From assembly GCF_001194135.2 (NCBI RefSeq), contig NC_068981.1, positions 4,851,695 to 4,915,694 of the forward strand: 64,000 bases of DNA, in the 5' to 3' direction. Positions 38,575 to 52,237 of this stretch are shown here, in pieces. The notes below the pieces were generated by a model. That model had not been told where the DNA came from and did no database searches. It saw only the letters and a list, made by a program, of their open reading frames with translations. Numbering within the stretch: the first letter of the stretch is position 1; each line of letters opens with the position of its first letter. Source of the stretch: Octopus bimaculoides (lineage: Eukaryota). Both the position numbers and the translations under genes were made by a program.

Positions 38575-38810
38575 TGGCTTAGTGCTTAGGGATATTCAGC
38601 TCACAATCGTAAAGTTGTGAGTTCGATTCCCAGCAAAGTGTTGTGTCCTTGGGCAAGACACTTTATTTCACGTTGCTCCAGTCCACTTAGCTGGCAAAAA
38701 GTGAGTTGTACCTGTAATTCAAAAGGGCCAGACTTGTCACATTCTGTGTCACATTGTGTCTCCCTGAGAACTATATTAAGGGTATGCATGTCTGTGGAGT
38801 GCTCAACCAC
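38575..38810 (+). mobile_element. tRNA-derived SINE family C
   Basis: Head catggcttagtgcttaggg..gtgagttcgattccc followed by ccttgggcaagacactttatttcacgttgctccagtccac. Related copies at about 40492-40640(+) and 20120-20275(-). Confidence 0.65.
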
Positions 38811-38944
38811 ATGCTAGTGAAAATCTTGTTTCAGAATAAGATTTTAGATAAAAATTGTTTGGTAAATATTTACAAGGAAGTGATATGCCTAACATATGTA
38901 GCATTGACATTGCTGACATTCCTAAATTATGTTTATTAATCGTT

Positions 38945-39640
38945 CATCATCATCATCATCATTGTTGTTGTCGTTTAATGTCCGCTTTCCAAGCTGGCAT
39001 GGGTTGGATGGTTTGACTGAGGACTGGCGAGCCAGGAAGCTGCACCAGGATTCAATCTGATCTGGTAAAGTTTCTACAGTTGGATGCCCTTCCTAACGCC
39101 AACCACTCCGAGAGTGTAGTGGGTGCTTTTTACGTGCCACTGGCACAAAGGCCAGTCAAGTGGTTCTGGCAATGACCACTCTGAAAAGGTGTTTTTTACG
39201 TGCCACCTGCATGGGAGCTAGTCTGGTGGCACTGGCAATGACCACACTCGAATGTTGTTTTTCACATGCCACTGGCATATGTGCCAGTAAGGTGACGCTG
39301 GCAACGATCACGCTCGAATGGTGTTTTTTACGTGCCATTGGCATGGGAGCCAGTCAGTGACCCTGGCTACGGTCATGCTTAGAAGGTGTTTCTGACATTC
39401 CACTGGCACGAGTGCCAATCAGGCGGTACTGTCATCAGCCACATCAGCAATTTTGATTTCACTTGCCCCAACAGGTCTTTGCAAGAAAAGTTTATTGTCC
39501 AATGAATGAGGGGCTGGTTATACACCACTGGCATAGGCCATGGGTTATGGTTTCACTTGGCTTGTCAGGTCTTCTCAAGCACAGCATATCTCCAAAGGTC
39601 TCGATCACTAGCCATTGTCATATTCAATTTTGTGTCACAT
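38945..39640 (-). mobile_element. RTE 3' UTR with about five ~65-bp tandem subrepeats
   Basis: Repeated ttttacgtgccac.ggca...gccagtc...ctggcaa.gacca..ctcgaa.ggtg units at about 39125-39430, adjoining the standard tail. Confidence 0.8.
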
Positions 39641-41992
39641 GATCATGATCACATGGTTTGTATCAGTTTTAGCTTTTGAATGCAACATGCAGCTCGTCTG
39701 GGAATTGAAATCACAATCTCATGATCGTGAGTGCAACTGCCTAATCGCTAGGCCATGGGGCCTTCACACATCTTTTATTCTTTTACTTGTTTCAGTCATT
39801 TGATTGCAGCCATGCTGGAGCACTGCCTTTAGTCAAACAAATTGCCCCTAGGACTTATTCTTTGTAAGCCTAGTACTTATTCTAAATACTACTTACACCA
39901 TCAGTCTCTCTTGCCAAACTGCTAAGTTATGAAGGCATAAACACACCAACATCAGTTGTCAAGCGATGGTGGGAGAACAAACACAGACACACAAACACAT
40001 ACATATATATATAGATATCAATACCAGTGGAGCACTAACAGCACTGTCCGAGCATGCTCATTGCCAGAGCAGCTGTCTGGCTTCCGTGGCACATAAATAG
40101 CACCATTTGAGCGTAATCATTACCAGCATCACCTTCTAGCACTTGTGCTGGTGGCACGTTAGAAAATCATTTGAGCGAGGTCATTGCCAATGCCACTGGA
40201 CTGGCTCCCGTGCAGGTGGCACGTAAAAAACACCTTTTTGAGCGTGGCCGTTGCCAGTACCGTGTGACAGGGCCTCGTGCCGGTGGCACATAAAAGCACC
40301 CACTACACTCTCGGAGTGGTTGGCGTTGGGAAGGGTATCCAGCTGTAGAAACTCTGCCAAATCAGATTGGATCCTGGTGCAGCCTTCTGGTTTACCAGTC
40401 CTTAGTCAAATCGTCCAACCCATGCCTGCATGGAAAGCGGACGTTAAACGATGATGATGATGATATCAATGTATATCTATGTGTGTGAAGGTGCATGGCT
40501 CAGTGGTTAGAGTGTTGAGCTTACGATCATGAGGTTGTGAGTTCGGTTCCTGGACCGGGCTGCATGTTGTGCTCTTGAGCAAGACACTTCATTTCATGTT
40601 GCTCTAATTCACTCATCTGTAGAAATGAGTTGTGACATCAGTGGTGCCAAGCTGTATCGGCCCCTTTGCCTTTCCCTTGGATAACATCAGTGGTGGGGAG
40701 AGGGGAGGCTGGTATGCATGGGCAACTGCTGGCCTTCCATAAAACAACCTTGCCTGGACTTATGCCTCGGAGGGTCACTTTTTAGGTGTAATCCCATGGT
40801 CAGTCATGACCAAAGGGGGGGTCACCCTAGATCTATGTGTGTGTGTCTTTGTGTTTGTGCTTGCCCTCACCACCACCACCACCAGACAACCTGCATTGGT
40901 GTGGATATGTAACTTAGCCATTTGGCAAAAGTGACCAATAGAATAAGAGCCAGGCTTAAAAAAATAAAGTACTAGTGTCAATTCATTTGACCGAAAATTT
41001 TTCAAGGCAGTGATCCAGTATGGCCACAGTCTAATGACTAAAACAAGTAAAAGATAAAAGATATGGATGTGTAATTTAATTTGATTAATTATCGATTGAT
41101 TATCAGTTACAGTTCATTAAGAAGTCATAGATATCGTTAAAAAATAATTATTCATAACCTGTATAATTTAGAAATTTGTTTAAATGTTCAACTTTATCAT
41201 AAAGAAGATCTAATTAGTTTTTCAAATTAATAAAATTCTCAATATGTAAAACACACTAAATACTTTGAGAAAAACTCATTTAATTAGTCGCCTATTTGCA
41301 TATTTTCAGTCTAGTTGCAGACAACAATATTTTCCAGCGTTTTCGCTGCACAAACGAGTGCAACTCTAAATGCACCTCTTTGTTGTCTATCTTTTGTCTT
41401 TTACTTGTTCAAGTCATTAGACTGTGGCCATGCTGGGGCACAACCTCAAGGAATATTTAGTAAAATGTATCAATCTCAGTACTCTATTTTTTTAAAGCCT
41501 GGTACTTCTTCCATTGACCCCATTTTCACTTCTTTTATTATTATAAATCCATTGGTTAGTCATTTAACCAGTTAATTCATTGACTACTTGATTAATTGTT
41601 CAGCCAATCAGTCAATCAATGAGTTAATTGTCAAAGCATTTCTATTACCAGCCATGACCACCTCATCAGTGACATGTCCTCTCTCTACTTCAGATCTGCT
41701 TCATGTCTGTCTCCCACAGTCAGTGCATGTGTTTATCATTGGCACAATGACCCTCCCAAGATACAGCAAAATCCATTTCAACACGCGAAGTCACATCAAG
41801 AATCTTAACTTTTTTTTTTCACGTTTTAATTGTTTCAGTCACTAGACTGTGGCCATGCTGGAGCACCGCCTCGAAGAATTTTAGCTGAACAAATTTACTA
41901 CAGTGCTTATTATTATCATTATTATTATCATCATCATCATCATCATCATCATCATTATTATTATTATTATTATTATCATTATTATTATTATT

Positions 41993-43245
41993 GTTCAGTA
42001 GTTTTATTTTTATAACGTGCTTTCACTTCACTACCGAGCGCAGCTCTGNNNNNNNNNNNNNNNNNNNNNNNNNNNNNNNNNNNNNNNNNNNNNNNNNNNN
42101 NNNNNNNNNNNNNNNNNNNNNNNNNNNNNNNNNNNNNNNNNNNNNNNNNNNNNNNNNNNNNNNNNNNNNNNNNNNNNNNNNNNNNNNNNNNNNNNNNNNN
42201 NNNNNNNNNNNNNNNNNNNNNNNNNNNNNNNNNNNNNNNNNNNNNNNNNNNNNNNNNNNNNNNNNNNNNNNNNNNNNNNNNNNNNNNNNNNNNNNNNNNN
42301 NNNNNNNNNNNNNNNNNNNNNNNNNNNNNNNNNNNNNNNNNNNNNNNNNNNNNNNNNNNNNNNNNNNNNNNNNNNNNNNNNNNNNNNNNNNNNNNNNNNN
42401 NNNNNNNNNNNNNNNNNNNNNNNNNNNNNNNNNNNNNNNNNNNNNNNNNNNNNNNNNNNNNNNNNNNNNNNNNNNNNNNNNNNNNNNNNNNNNNNNNNNN
42501 NNNNNNNNNNNNNNNNNNNNNNNNNNNNNNNNNNNNNNNNNNNNNNNNNNNNNNNNNNNNNNNNNNNNNNNNNNNNNNNNNNNNNNNNNNNNNNNNNNNN
42601 NNNNNNNNNNNNNNNNNNNNNNNNNNNNNNNNNNNNNNNNNNNNNNNNNNNNNNNNNNNNNNNNNNNNNNNNNNNNNNNNNNNNNNNNNNNNNNNNNNNN
42701 NNNNNNNNNNNNNNNNNNNNNNNNNNNNNNNNNNNNNNNNNNNNNNNNNNNNNNNNNNNNNNNNNNNNNNNNNNNNNNNNNNNNNNNNNNNNNNNNNNNN
42801 NNNNNNNNNNNNNNNNNNNNNNNNNNTAGCCCAGTATTTACCATGTAGGGGCTTTTCTTGCCATCGTTTTATCATGGTCCGTTGCTGTTCTAGTTTTAGT
42901 TTGGATTTCATTTGTTTTATAGCTTTTGTTGTTTCTTCTTCTTCTTCTTCTTCTTCTTCGTATTTGTTAGGTAGATTGATTTCTTGTTTGTATTTGTCAG
43001 CTTCCTTAAATACTGAAAACAGTTTTTTGTTTTGCTCGTGTTTTGTGGCTATTTGTATTAGTTTTCCTTGCTTCTGGAGTAGGTATTTTTGCAGTCCTAT
43101 GGTGGTTATTTTATAATAGTTTTCTAGCTGTATAAGACCCCTGCCACCTTCTGTGCGTTGTATATATAGCCTTTCTATGTCAGATTTTGGGTGGTGCATC
43201 CTATATCCTGTCATTATTTTTCTTGTTTTCCTGTCTATTTTACAT
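41993..43245 (-). mobile_element. 5'-truncated R4/Dong-like non-LTR retrotransposon inserted in a (TAA)n tract (contains an N gap)
   Basis: Encodes IDRKTRKIMTGYRMHHPKSDIERLYIQRTEGGRGLIQLE...WQEKPLHGKY. The 3' end is gcacgttataaaaataaaactactgaa. (TAA)n lies on both sides on the element strand. Confidence 0.85.
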
Positions 43246-44523
43246 ATATTATTATTATTATTATTATTATTATTATGATTATTATTATTAAACCAGGTAC
43301 TTATTTTATTAATCTCTTTTACTGAATTGCCAAGTTATGAGGGTGTAAGCACACCAAAAATGGTTGTCAAGGAATGTGAGATGGACGGTGATAAACACAG
43401 ACACATAAACATACATAGATATATATTCACACACACACACACACACACAACAGGCTTCTTTCAATTTCCATCTACCAAATCCACTGACAAAACTTTGGTC
43501 AGCCTGGGGTTGTAGAAGAAGAAACTTGCTCAAGGTGTCACACAGTAGGACCGAACCCAGAACCATGTGGCTGGGAAGCAAACTTCTTACCACACAGCCA
43601 CACTGCAAACCAAGCACAAAAATTAAGAAATCCTGTTTTTTTCAAAGATGCAAAAATAACCAAAGAGAAATACAGATTCTTGTGCATGGTTTGAAGATAA
43701 TTCAATTTTCGGTAAATGTCTATCTTAGAAAGACGCTCTGCCAAATATTTCCTCTGATATTCAATTATCCACGGTTCTGGTTATTCTGTTGAATCTATTG
43801 GAGACAATCCAATATATTTTCTTCATAAAAGACATTGCTTTATCATCAACACTATCAATGGAATGGTAATGATTCCATTGCCATGTCTTGTCTGCTAGAG
43901 AATTGCAATTACTGAAGAGAATATGGGCTGGACTGGCGCACCAACTGGACAATCTGAGAGCTGGTATATTGTAAGTGGCATCACTTAGACCAGTGGCTCT
44001 CAGCCAGGGTCCAGTCGACCCTTGGGGATCCATGGCTGTGTGGTAAGAAATATGCTTCCCAACCACAAGGTTCCGGGTTCAGTCCCACTGTGTGGCACCT
44101 TGGGAAAGTGTCTTCTACTACAGCATCGGGCTGACTAAAGCCTTGTGAGTGGATCTGGAAGATGGAAACTGAAAGAAGCCCATTGTGTGTGTGTGTGTCC
44201 GTGTGTCCGTGTGTCTTTGTACCTGTGTTTGCTTTCCACCACTGCTTGACAACCGGTGTTGGTTTGTTTCCATCTCCATAACTTAGCAGTTTGGCGAAAG
44301 AGACCAATAGAACAAGTACCAGGTTTTTGAAAAGAAACAAGTCCTGGAGTCGATTCATTCAACTAAAAATTCTTCAACACAGTGCCCCAGCATGGTCACA
44401 GTCTAATGACTGAACCAAGTAGGAGATAAGGGATAAGAGACTGTTCATACTTCGATGACACGTAAAAACATTTTGACAATTTTTTATACAATTCCTAATA
44501 TTTGATTATAAAATGTTTTAAAC

Positions 44524-44719
44524 CTGGGGTCCTCAAACTTTTTAGACCATCGGCCCCTTCATGGAATCCTTGACCCCCTCACCAAACCTCACCCAGGCAT
44601 GTACAAGAAAGTAAATAAATAATACTAATAACTAAGCAGATGTGCATTTATCGATCCCTTGAATAGTCACTTCAACCCCCCCCCCTGGGGGTCGATATCA
44701 ACCACTCTGGAGCCCCCTG
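44524..44719. mobile_element. hAT-type MITE
   Basis: Perfect 8-bp target-site duplication TTTTAAAC (44516-44523 and 44720-44727). Degenerate TIRs ctggggtcctc and gagccccctg. Confidence 0.75.
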
Positions 44720-45290
44720 TTTTAAACACTGAATGACTATGAGGGTCTTCCTAAGTAAAACAGGAATCAAAGGGGCTCATGGTTAAAGAATGGTTAAGAA
44801 CTGCTGAGTGTCGAGTGGGAGTAAGTTCCTGGACTATTAAGTGTGGAATGGGATGCCCTGAAAGTGTGGAATGGGACGCCCTGAAAGTTTGAAAGACAAA
44901 ATCAGCCTCAATGGAATTGGAACACAGAACGTAAGATGGAAAAAATGCCACTAAGTATTTTGCTCACCATTCTAACGCATCTGCCATCTCACCACTTCTA
45001 TGTCTCTCCATATTAACTGCATTCTTTCTCCTGCATTCACTGAATCTTGAGCATTGGGTATCTTTGATTGAGTTCCTTGTATTACAAGCATTCAAAGCAG
45101 GTCTCTGATCTCTGGATTAATGGTACCTCATACCTTGTTAACCCCAGGTCTTACTTCCCGCTACAGATAATCTGTAAACCGGGGGGCCCCCTCCTTCCCT
45201 TCCTGCTACTTTTATCTAATAACTTTTCCTTGTTTCAGTCATTGGACTATGGCCATGCTGAGGCGCTGCTTTGAAGAATTTTTAGTCAAC

Positions 45291-45854
45291 TGAAGGACAC
45301 TAGCGTAGCTAGGGTGTATGCCGCCTGCGGCAGCCCTACGGTTGTCACTCCTGGACCCCACAAAAAACACATATTGCCTACAGCAGACCCAAAAGTGCCG
45401 CCCCTTTAAAAGTGTCACCTGGGGCAGATGCACCCTCCCGTCCCACTCTAGTGGTGAAAGGTTCTCATTTGGACGTGTGCTTGTTTTTTTAGAGTCTGCC
45501 ATTTATTCTATCAGTCTCTTTTGCTGAACGACTGAGTTATGTGGATGTGAACAAACCAACACTGGTTGTCGAGCAGTGATGAGGGACAAACACACACACA
45601 CACATGACAGGCTACTAGTCTCAAAGACCCTTGAGCAACATTATCAGTGCTACTTGCCCTTCCTTGACTCAGCCATAAAAAGACACACATCCAAATGAGA
45701 ACCCTTCACCACCAGTGTGAGGTGGGAGGGAGCGTCTGCCCCAGGCAGCACTTTTGGGTCTGCTGTAGGCAATATGTGTCTTTTGTGGGGTCCAGGAGTG
45801 CAACCGTAGGGCTGCCTCATGCGGCATACACCCTAGCTACGCTAGTGTCCTTCA
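45291..45854. repeat. Inverted repeat of a ~200-bp GC-richer unit with a ~170-bp spacer
   Basis: 45291-45496 is the reverse complement of 45666-45854 (tgaaggacactagcgtagctagggtgtatgccgc versus gcggcatacaccctagctacgctagtgtccttca), apart from an indel of about 20 bp. Confidence 0.85.
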
Positions 45855-46079
45855 CTAACCCACTACAGCCATCAGCTGACAGATATCTTGTTTCTTTGGT
45901 GTGTTGTATGGTTAAGGGATTGGATGTTACTTCCTTTGAGCAGGGCATCACTTACCATTTTTGCCCATGCCCACCTCACCTCCTTCCCCTCACTTTTCAT
46001 TCAAATTTATTGCCTCTCTTCCTCCTCCTCTCCCTCACATACTAATCCCTTTCTTCTGTCTTTCCTTCTCAGAACATAT

Positions 46080-46305
46080 AACTTGTAGCCTGCCTTGCAT
46101 ATAGCTTGTAGCCAGCCTTGCATATAGCTTGAAGTCTACCTTGCATATAATTTGTAGCCTGCCTTGCATATAGCTTGTAGCTTGCTTTGCATATAGCTTG
46201 TAGCCTGCCTGGCATATAGCTTGCATTGCATATAGCTTGTAGCCTGCCTTGCATATAGCTTGTCCAGCACATAGCTTATAGCTTGCAGTGCATATAGCAT
46301 AGTTT
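46080..46305. repeat. ~23-bp minisatellite
   Basis: About 10 units of cttgtagcctgccttgcatatag. Confidence 0.9.
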
Positions 46306-47544
46306 TGCCTCACATATACCCTATGGCTTTCTCCTCGTATTCCTTATANNNNNNNNNNNNNNNNNNNNNNNNNNNNNNNNNNNNNNNNNNNNNNNNNNNN
46401 NNNNNNNNNNNNNNNNNNNNNNNNNNNNNNNNNNNNNNNNNNNNNNNNNNNNNNNNNNNNNNNNNNNNNNNNNNNNNNNNNNNNNNNNNNNNNNNNNNNN
46501 NAAAACCAACAACAGAAACAATCCAGGGTTTGAAAAACCAAGAAACATTGGATCTTTTCGTCTTTTATCTTTTACTTGTTTCAGTCTTTAGATGCTGGCC
46601 ACGCTGGAGCACCACCTTGAAGAATTTTTAGTCAAAGGAATCTACCCACGTACTTATTGATTTTTTTTTTTAGGCCTGATACTTATTCTATCAATCTCTT
46701 TTGCTGAACTGCTAAGTGACAGGGACGTGAATACAACAATAGTGGTTGTCAAAGGGAGCTAGGGACACACACACACACGTGCGCGCGCACACACACAAAC
46801 ACACCACAGGCTTCTTTCAGTTTCCATCTACCAATCCACTCACGAGGCTTTGATTAGCTTGAGGTTATAGTAGAAAACACTTGGCCTGAGGTGCCATGCA
46901 ATGGGACTGAACCCAGAACCATGTGGTTGGGAAGCAATAATGACAAAAGCTCTACCTTCTGTCGTCATTATAAAATCGATCTCTTTGCAAAATTCCATTT
47001 AATTTCCATTCTATATTCAGATTTTCTCTCTTCCATTCGTCTTGCATTTCTACAAAACCAATATCTGTTTAATTGCAGAGGATTCACGTTTTATATTTAT
47101 AATAAAACCTGGATTAAACACAAAACACTCCATTTAAAATACTTTCCTCCTGTCTGTCTGTATCTCTCTCTCTCTCTCTCTGCCTCGTCTCTCTGTCCCC
47201 CACCCCCACCTATCTCTCTCCAAGAGCCTGTGTTTCCAGGACTGCACTAGCTAATGTACCTTTCCCATTTTAAAGACTGCAGGATGTAATATGAGGAGCA
47301 TCTCACTGCTTTTTCTAGCAGTTTGTGTGACCTGTGTAGAGACTCTTTCATTGGTTTCAGATTTTAGTAGTAGTAGTAGTAGCTGTTATTGAGCCCAAGT
47401 TTACCATTATGAAAGGCATTCCATCCATGACCAACATGCCTCATGAGGAACGACTGTGTAATTGCATAGATACTCACTTGTTAGACATAGTGATGAAGTT
47501 ACAGAAGTATAGGGTACAAGACTAATTTTGGAGAGTAACAGGGT

Positions 47545-47880
47545 ACCGCAGAGTACCACAACAGCTGTGATGTGTCAGAGTACCACAGTATATGTACAGT
47601 AACTGAGTACCACAGAATATGTGAATTTAGAGAGTACCACAGTATATGTGAAGTAACAGAGTACCACATTATATGTAGAGTAACAGAGTACTACAGTATA
47701 TGTGACAGAACAACACTAGATATGGAGTAACAAAGATTATCACAGGAAATACAGAGTACCAGGGTATTTCAAAGTACAACAGTAAGTGTAACAGAGGACC
47801 TTGCAGTACCACAGTAAATAAAATGGAGTACCTCAGAGTACCACAGAAAATGTACAGGAGTACCTCAGAGTGGCACAGGA
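47545..47880. repeat. Degenerate ~28-bp minisatellite
   Basis: Recurrent agagtaccacagtatatgt..agtaac units. Confidence 0.75.
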
Positions 47881-49480
47881 ATTATCAGTCAAATCCTGTT
47901 GTATATGTGTGTATCTGTGCATACGTGTGTGTACATGTGTGTGTGTGTGTGTGTGTTTTGACAACTGGTGTTGGTGTGTTTACATCCCTATAACGTAGTG
48001 ATTCAGGAAGGGAGATTGATAGAATAAGTACCAGACTTTAAAAAAAAAATGTACTGGGGTTTATTCATTCAACTAAATATTCTTCAAAGCATTGCTCCAG
48101 CATGGCCACAGTCTCATGACTGTGGCCATGTAAAAGATAAAAGTCTGTCTCTCCACTCTGAGCACATTTCAGACGAGGATAGATATGTGTGTTTCATTCC
48201 TGCAAAGTCGATGAAATGAATATCAAATCTCCGGAATCAGCTGGTTCGTCTAACCTCTCCTAATAAAGTGGTTGACCTTCTCTGCACCATTAAATGGAGA
48301 CCATGAGGTCTCGAGTTCAATCTTGCTGCAGGGAATTTTCTACCATCATATCGAGTCAACCCAAATATCATAAGCGACACACGACATACAGAAACTGTGA
48401 GGTTATCTATCAGATAATCTTATCTGTTCCTGGAAGGGTAGATGTAGTCTTTGACCCAGTTTAACATCTCCATATGGCCTTTTGAAGTGATGGTCGAGGA
48501 TGGCACACCTTTGGTGCAGTTTACTCTGTTGATAATAAGCAGACCAGATACATAATGTAAGGGGAAATAACTCAATATCTTTCTGAGGTCCCTCTTCCTG
48601 TAATACGCCATGGGTTGTAGTTTCTTCCTGCCCCCTCCTGCCCCACTAGTCTCAGGGTCCTTCGAGGGGTGACCAGTGCACCTCTTCTTTCTTTGACTCC
48701 CCCATGGAAATATTGATATTGTTGTATCAAAAGGAAATTGTAGTTGTGGCTGATGCCAGTGCCGCCTGACTGGCTCCCGTGCTGGTGGCACGCAATAATC
48801 AACATTCGTGCGTGGGTCTTGTAAGTGTCTCCTGACTGGCTCCCCGTACCGGTGCAAGTAAAAAGTACCATCCGAACATGGTCGATGCCAGTGCCACCTG
48901 ACTGGCTCCCATGTCGGTGGCACGTAAAAGCACCCACTACACTCTCAGAGTGGTTGGTGTTAGGAAGGGCATCCAGCTGTAGAAACCTTGCCAGATCAGA
49001 TTGGAGGCTGGTGCAGCCTCCTGGCTTCCCAGTCCCCAGCTAAACCGTCCAACACATGCCAGAACGGAAGACAGATGTTAAACGATGATGATGTTGGTGG
49101 TGTTGTGCCTTTATCAATGCTATTCCTCTTTTTATCTAATCCTACCTTGTATAATCCTGTTCTATTTCTCATGATTTCCTCAACCCTTAGGGATTAATAA
49201 AGAAAACATTTTATAATTATTTGTCGTATTTCAGGATGGTAATTTTAATTTTTCTTTTGCCAAATAAACACATGCACAATATATTCGTTCTTCACTCGTT
49301 AATTACCGTTCTTATTCTAACTCGTGTCCATTGTCTGGAAATCTTTCGCCACACATCTGTGACCTCTTCAGCAACACTCTCTGTCTTCATGTGTGCTTTT
49401 GCTCCAATTATTTCCATTCTGTTCTTCTATGACGTGTATCCTTGTATGCGCATGCGTTTGCTTCTCTGTTTGTATGTGTG

Positions 49481-49516
<36 letters not shown>

Positions 49517-49904
49517 ATTGTTCTTAGTAGCATTATGACCCTCCCCTCAGCCCTGTCCCCACTGCCATTGCGGGTGCTGCTGCCCTTGGACCCAACTTTT
49601 GGTGCCATTCATAAATTCATAAATGTAAAATTATAATTGGTGATGTTGTTGTAGTTGTTGTTGCTGCTGCTGCTGCTGTTGTTGTTGTCGTCGTCGTAGT
49701 TGTTGTTGCTAATGACTGAAATAAGTAAAAAGTAAAAGATAAGATAACAGGAATTAGGAAACTGCAGAGTTTGAACCGTTCTCCCTCGTTTACTTTGTAT
49801 TAATGACTAAGATCAATATCAAATCGTATCTTGTGAAAATGTCAATCTTTAAGTCTTTTTCTTGCATTTAAGGAATCGACAAGGGGGCCTCTATGCAATC
49901 ACTC

Positions 49905-50351
49905 AATCTAGGACAGCTGCATAAAGAAGTGCTGAGTTCCAATTGTGGAGGGAACTTGTGGAAGGGGTAGCCCCAGGAAAGTGTGGGACAAAGTGGTGAG
50001 AAAGGATCTTCGGAATGCTGGGCCTCACTGAAAAAATGGCAAGGGACCAGGGGCCATGGCAATTTGGTGTACTTGATAAGATGTGTCAAGCCAAATAAAA
50101 TCCCTGTCGTCCTGTCACCTAAAATGCATTCGTGCTGGTGCTGCGTAAACGCACCTGTGCCGGTGGCATGCAAAAATGCACCCAGCTCCATCTGTAAAGG
50201 TGGTTGGTGTTAAGAAGTGCATCCAGCTATAGAAACCATGTCACAACAGACAATTGGGGTCTGAACATCTCCCTGGCTGGGCAGGTCCCTGGCTGGGCAG
50301 CTCCTGTTGAACTGCCCAACCCATGCCAGCATTCAAAACAGACATTAAACG

Positions 50352-50433
<82 letters not shown>

Positions 50434-50435
50434 CG
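49905..50435 (+). mobile_element. RTE LINE 3' fragment (diverged subfamily)
   Basis: Encodes VEGTCGRGSPRKVWDKVVRKDLRMLGLTEKMA. It is followed by the RTE tail and a long (GAT)n. Confidence 0.75.
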
Positions 50436-50936
50436 GTGATAACTCCCTTAAAGCCACTCTACTGTCTTTGTGGATAATGTGGTCCCAGGAATAAAATGTT
50501 TCAAATGGAATAAGGTGTGGTCATGCTTGGAATGCCAGTGATAAAAGGTCTGCTCGGTGAGAACTGACCACGGGCTAAACAAGAACAACAACACTTTGTA
50601 CATTGGAACTCATTAGCTTCCTGCTGAGAACACAGACATCATAGCCATTTGGACATCTTGACTCCTCGCCCCCACCCCTACACACACACACACAAACACA
50701 CATTTTATCATGTAATGTTATCACATATCTGGGAGGTTGCTATGGCAACCTCTTTGGTTATTATTATTCTGGCATTCATGGAGAACACAGACTTGAAATG
50801 AAAAGTCTAAGGTAGTTCTTTTCTTTTGAAATCTTCAAAATAAACTTGTTCAAATATTCCACATTGATAATCATTATTATTGTTGTTGTTGTTGTTTTGT
50901 TTGAATCTCATCAGCATTCTAGATTCAAGGTAGTAC

Positions 50937-51000
<64 letters not shown>

Positions 51001-51769
51001 CATTGAATATTAAGGTGGTGAGCTGGCAGAATCGTTAGCTGGGCAAAATGCTTAGTGGTATTTCGTCCACCTTGATGTTCATCGTCATCATCGTTTAACG
51101 TCCGTTTTCTATGCTGGCATGGGTTGGATGGTTTGACTGAGGTCTGGAGAGCCAGTGGCTGCACCAGGCTCCAATCTGATCTGGCAGAGTTTCTACAGCT
51201 GGATGCCCTTCCTAACACCAACCACTCCGAGAGTGTAGTGGGTGCTTTTTACGTGCCACCGGCACATGAGTCAGTCAGGTGACTCTGGCATTGACTACAT
51301 TTGGATGGTGCTTTTTATGTGGTACAGGCACAGAAGCCAGTCAGGGAGTACTGGCATCAACCACATTTGAGTGATGCATTTCACAGCTATGATTTTGGTT
51401 TTACCTGACTCAACAGGTCTTCTCAAGCATACCATATTGCCCAACGCATCAAGGGTACTCTTAAATGGGGCAGATATGCAACACTGGCATCGGCCATGGC
51501 TGTGATCTCACTTTAGTTGCCAAGTCTTCTCAATCACATGGATATAAGTATGTATAAGATATATATATACATATATATGGATATAAATATGTATAAATAT
51601 ATATATATACATATAGATATGGATATAAATATGTATACATATATATATATATATATGGATATGAATGCATATATATATATATATATATATATGGATATGA
51701 GTATGTATATATATACATATATGTATATCATCATCATCATCCTCATCATCGTTTAAAGTCCGCTTTCTT

Positions 51770-52237
51770 CAGGTTCCACATTTTGCTAATTTCTATTTCA
51801 AGATCTTTATATTTGCTCAGTTTTTGGTAGGTCTTGACAGATACGTTTGTATCGATTGGGACAGTCATATCAATGAGGAGGCATGATTTTTGTCTGAAGT
51901 CTTTCAGTATGATGTCTGGCCTATTTGCTTCTATCTTTCTGCCAATTTGAATGGTAAAGTTCCAGAGAAGTGAGATGTGATCATTTTCAAGTACTGGGGG
52001 TGGTTTGTGTTCCCACCAGTTTTTATCATAGGGCAGGTCTAGGTTTTTGCATATTACCCAGTGAATATATTGTGCTGCTCTATTGTGCCTCTTGAGATAC
52101 TCCTTAGGTGCAAGAAGACTGCACATGGAGACAACATGATCAATGGTTTCATTTTGTTGTTGACATTCACGACATGTTGGGCAACTGCTGTTCTTTAATA
52201 TGTTGGCCAGGTAATTTCTTGTAGGTAGGCATTGATC
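51770..52237 (-). mobile_element. R4/Dong-like fragment: CCHC zinc knuckle plus restriction-like endonuclease
   Basis: Encodes DQCLPTRNY...CRECQQQNETIDHVVSMC...RHN...NRPDIILKDFRQKSCLLIDMTVP...[19 protein letters not shown]. Confidence 0.9.

Noticed and set aside
39125-39430. Regularly spaced ~65-bp repeats suggestive of a CRISPR-like array
   Set aside because: The context is eukaryotic, the whole unit is homologous (no unique spacers) and it is part of the RTE 3' UTR.
43899-43976. 72-nt plus-strand candidate exon; one frame (ELQLLKRIWAGLAHQLDNLRAGI) is vaguely SecA-like
   Set aside because: The resemblance is only a few residues, the open frames are short on both strands, and there is no supporting exon.
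46035-46313. Repetitive ORFs (YKLYARQA...)
   Set aside because: They are translations of a 23-bp minisatellite whose period is not a multiple of 3.
50895-50930. Minus-strand CTGATGA (and CTGACGA at about 52828) as further hammerheads
   Set aside because: There is no GAAA after a closing stem II and no stem I/III. The motif is only the loop of a simple ttgaatc/gattcaa hairpin.
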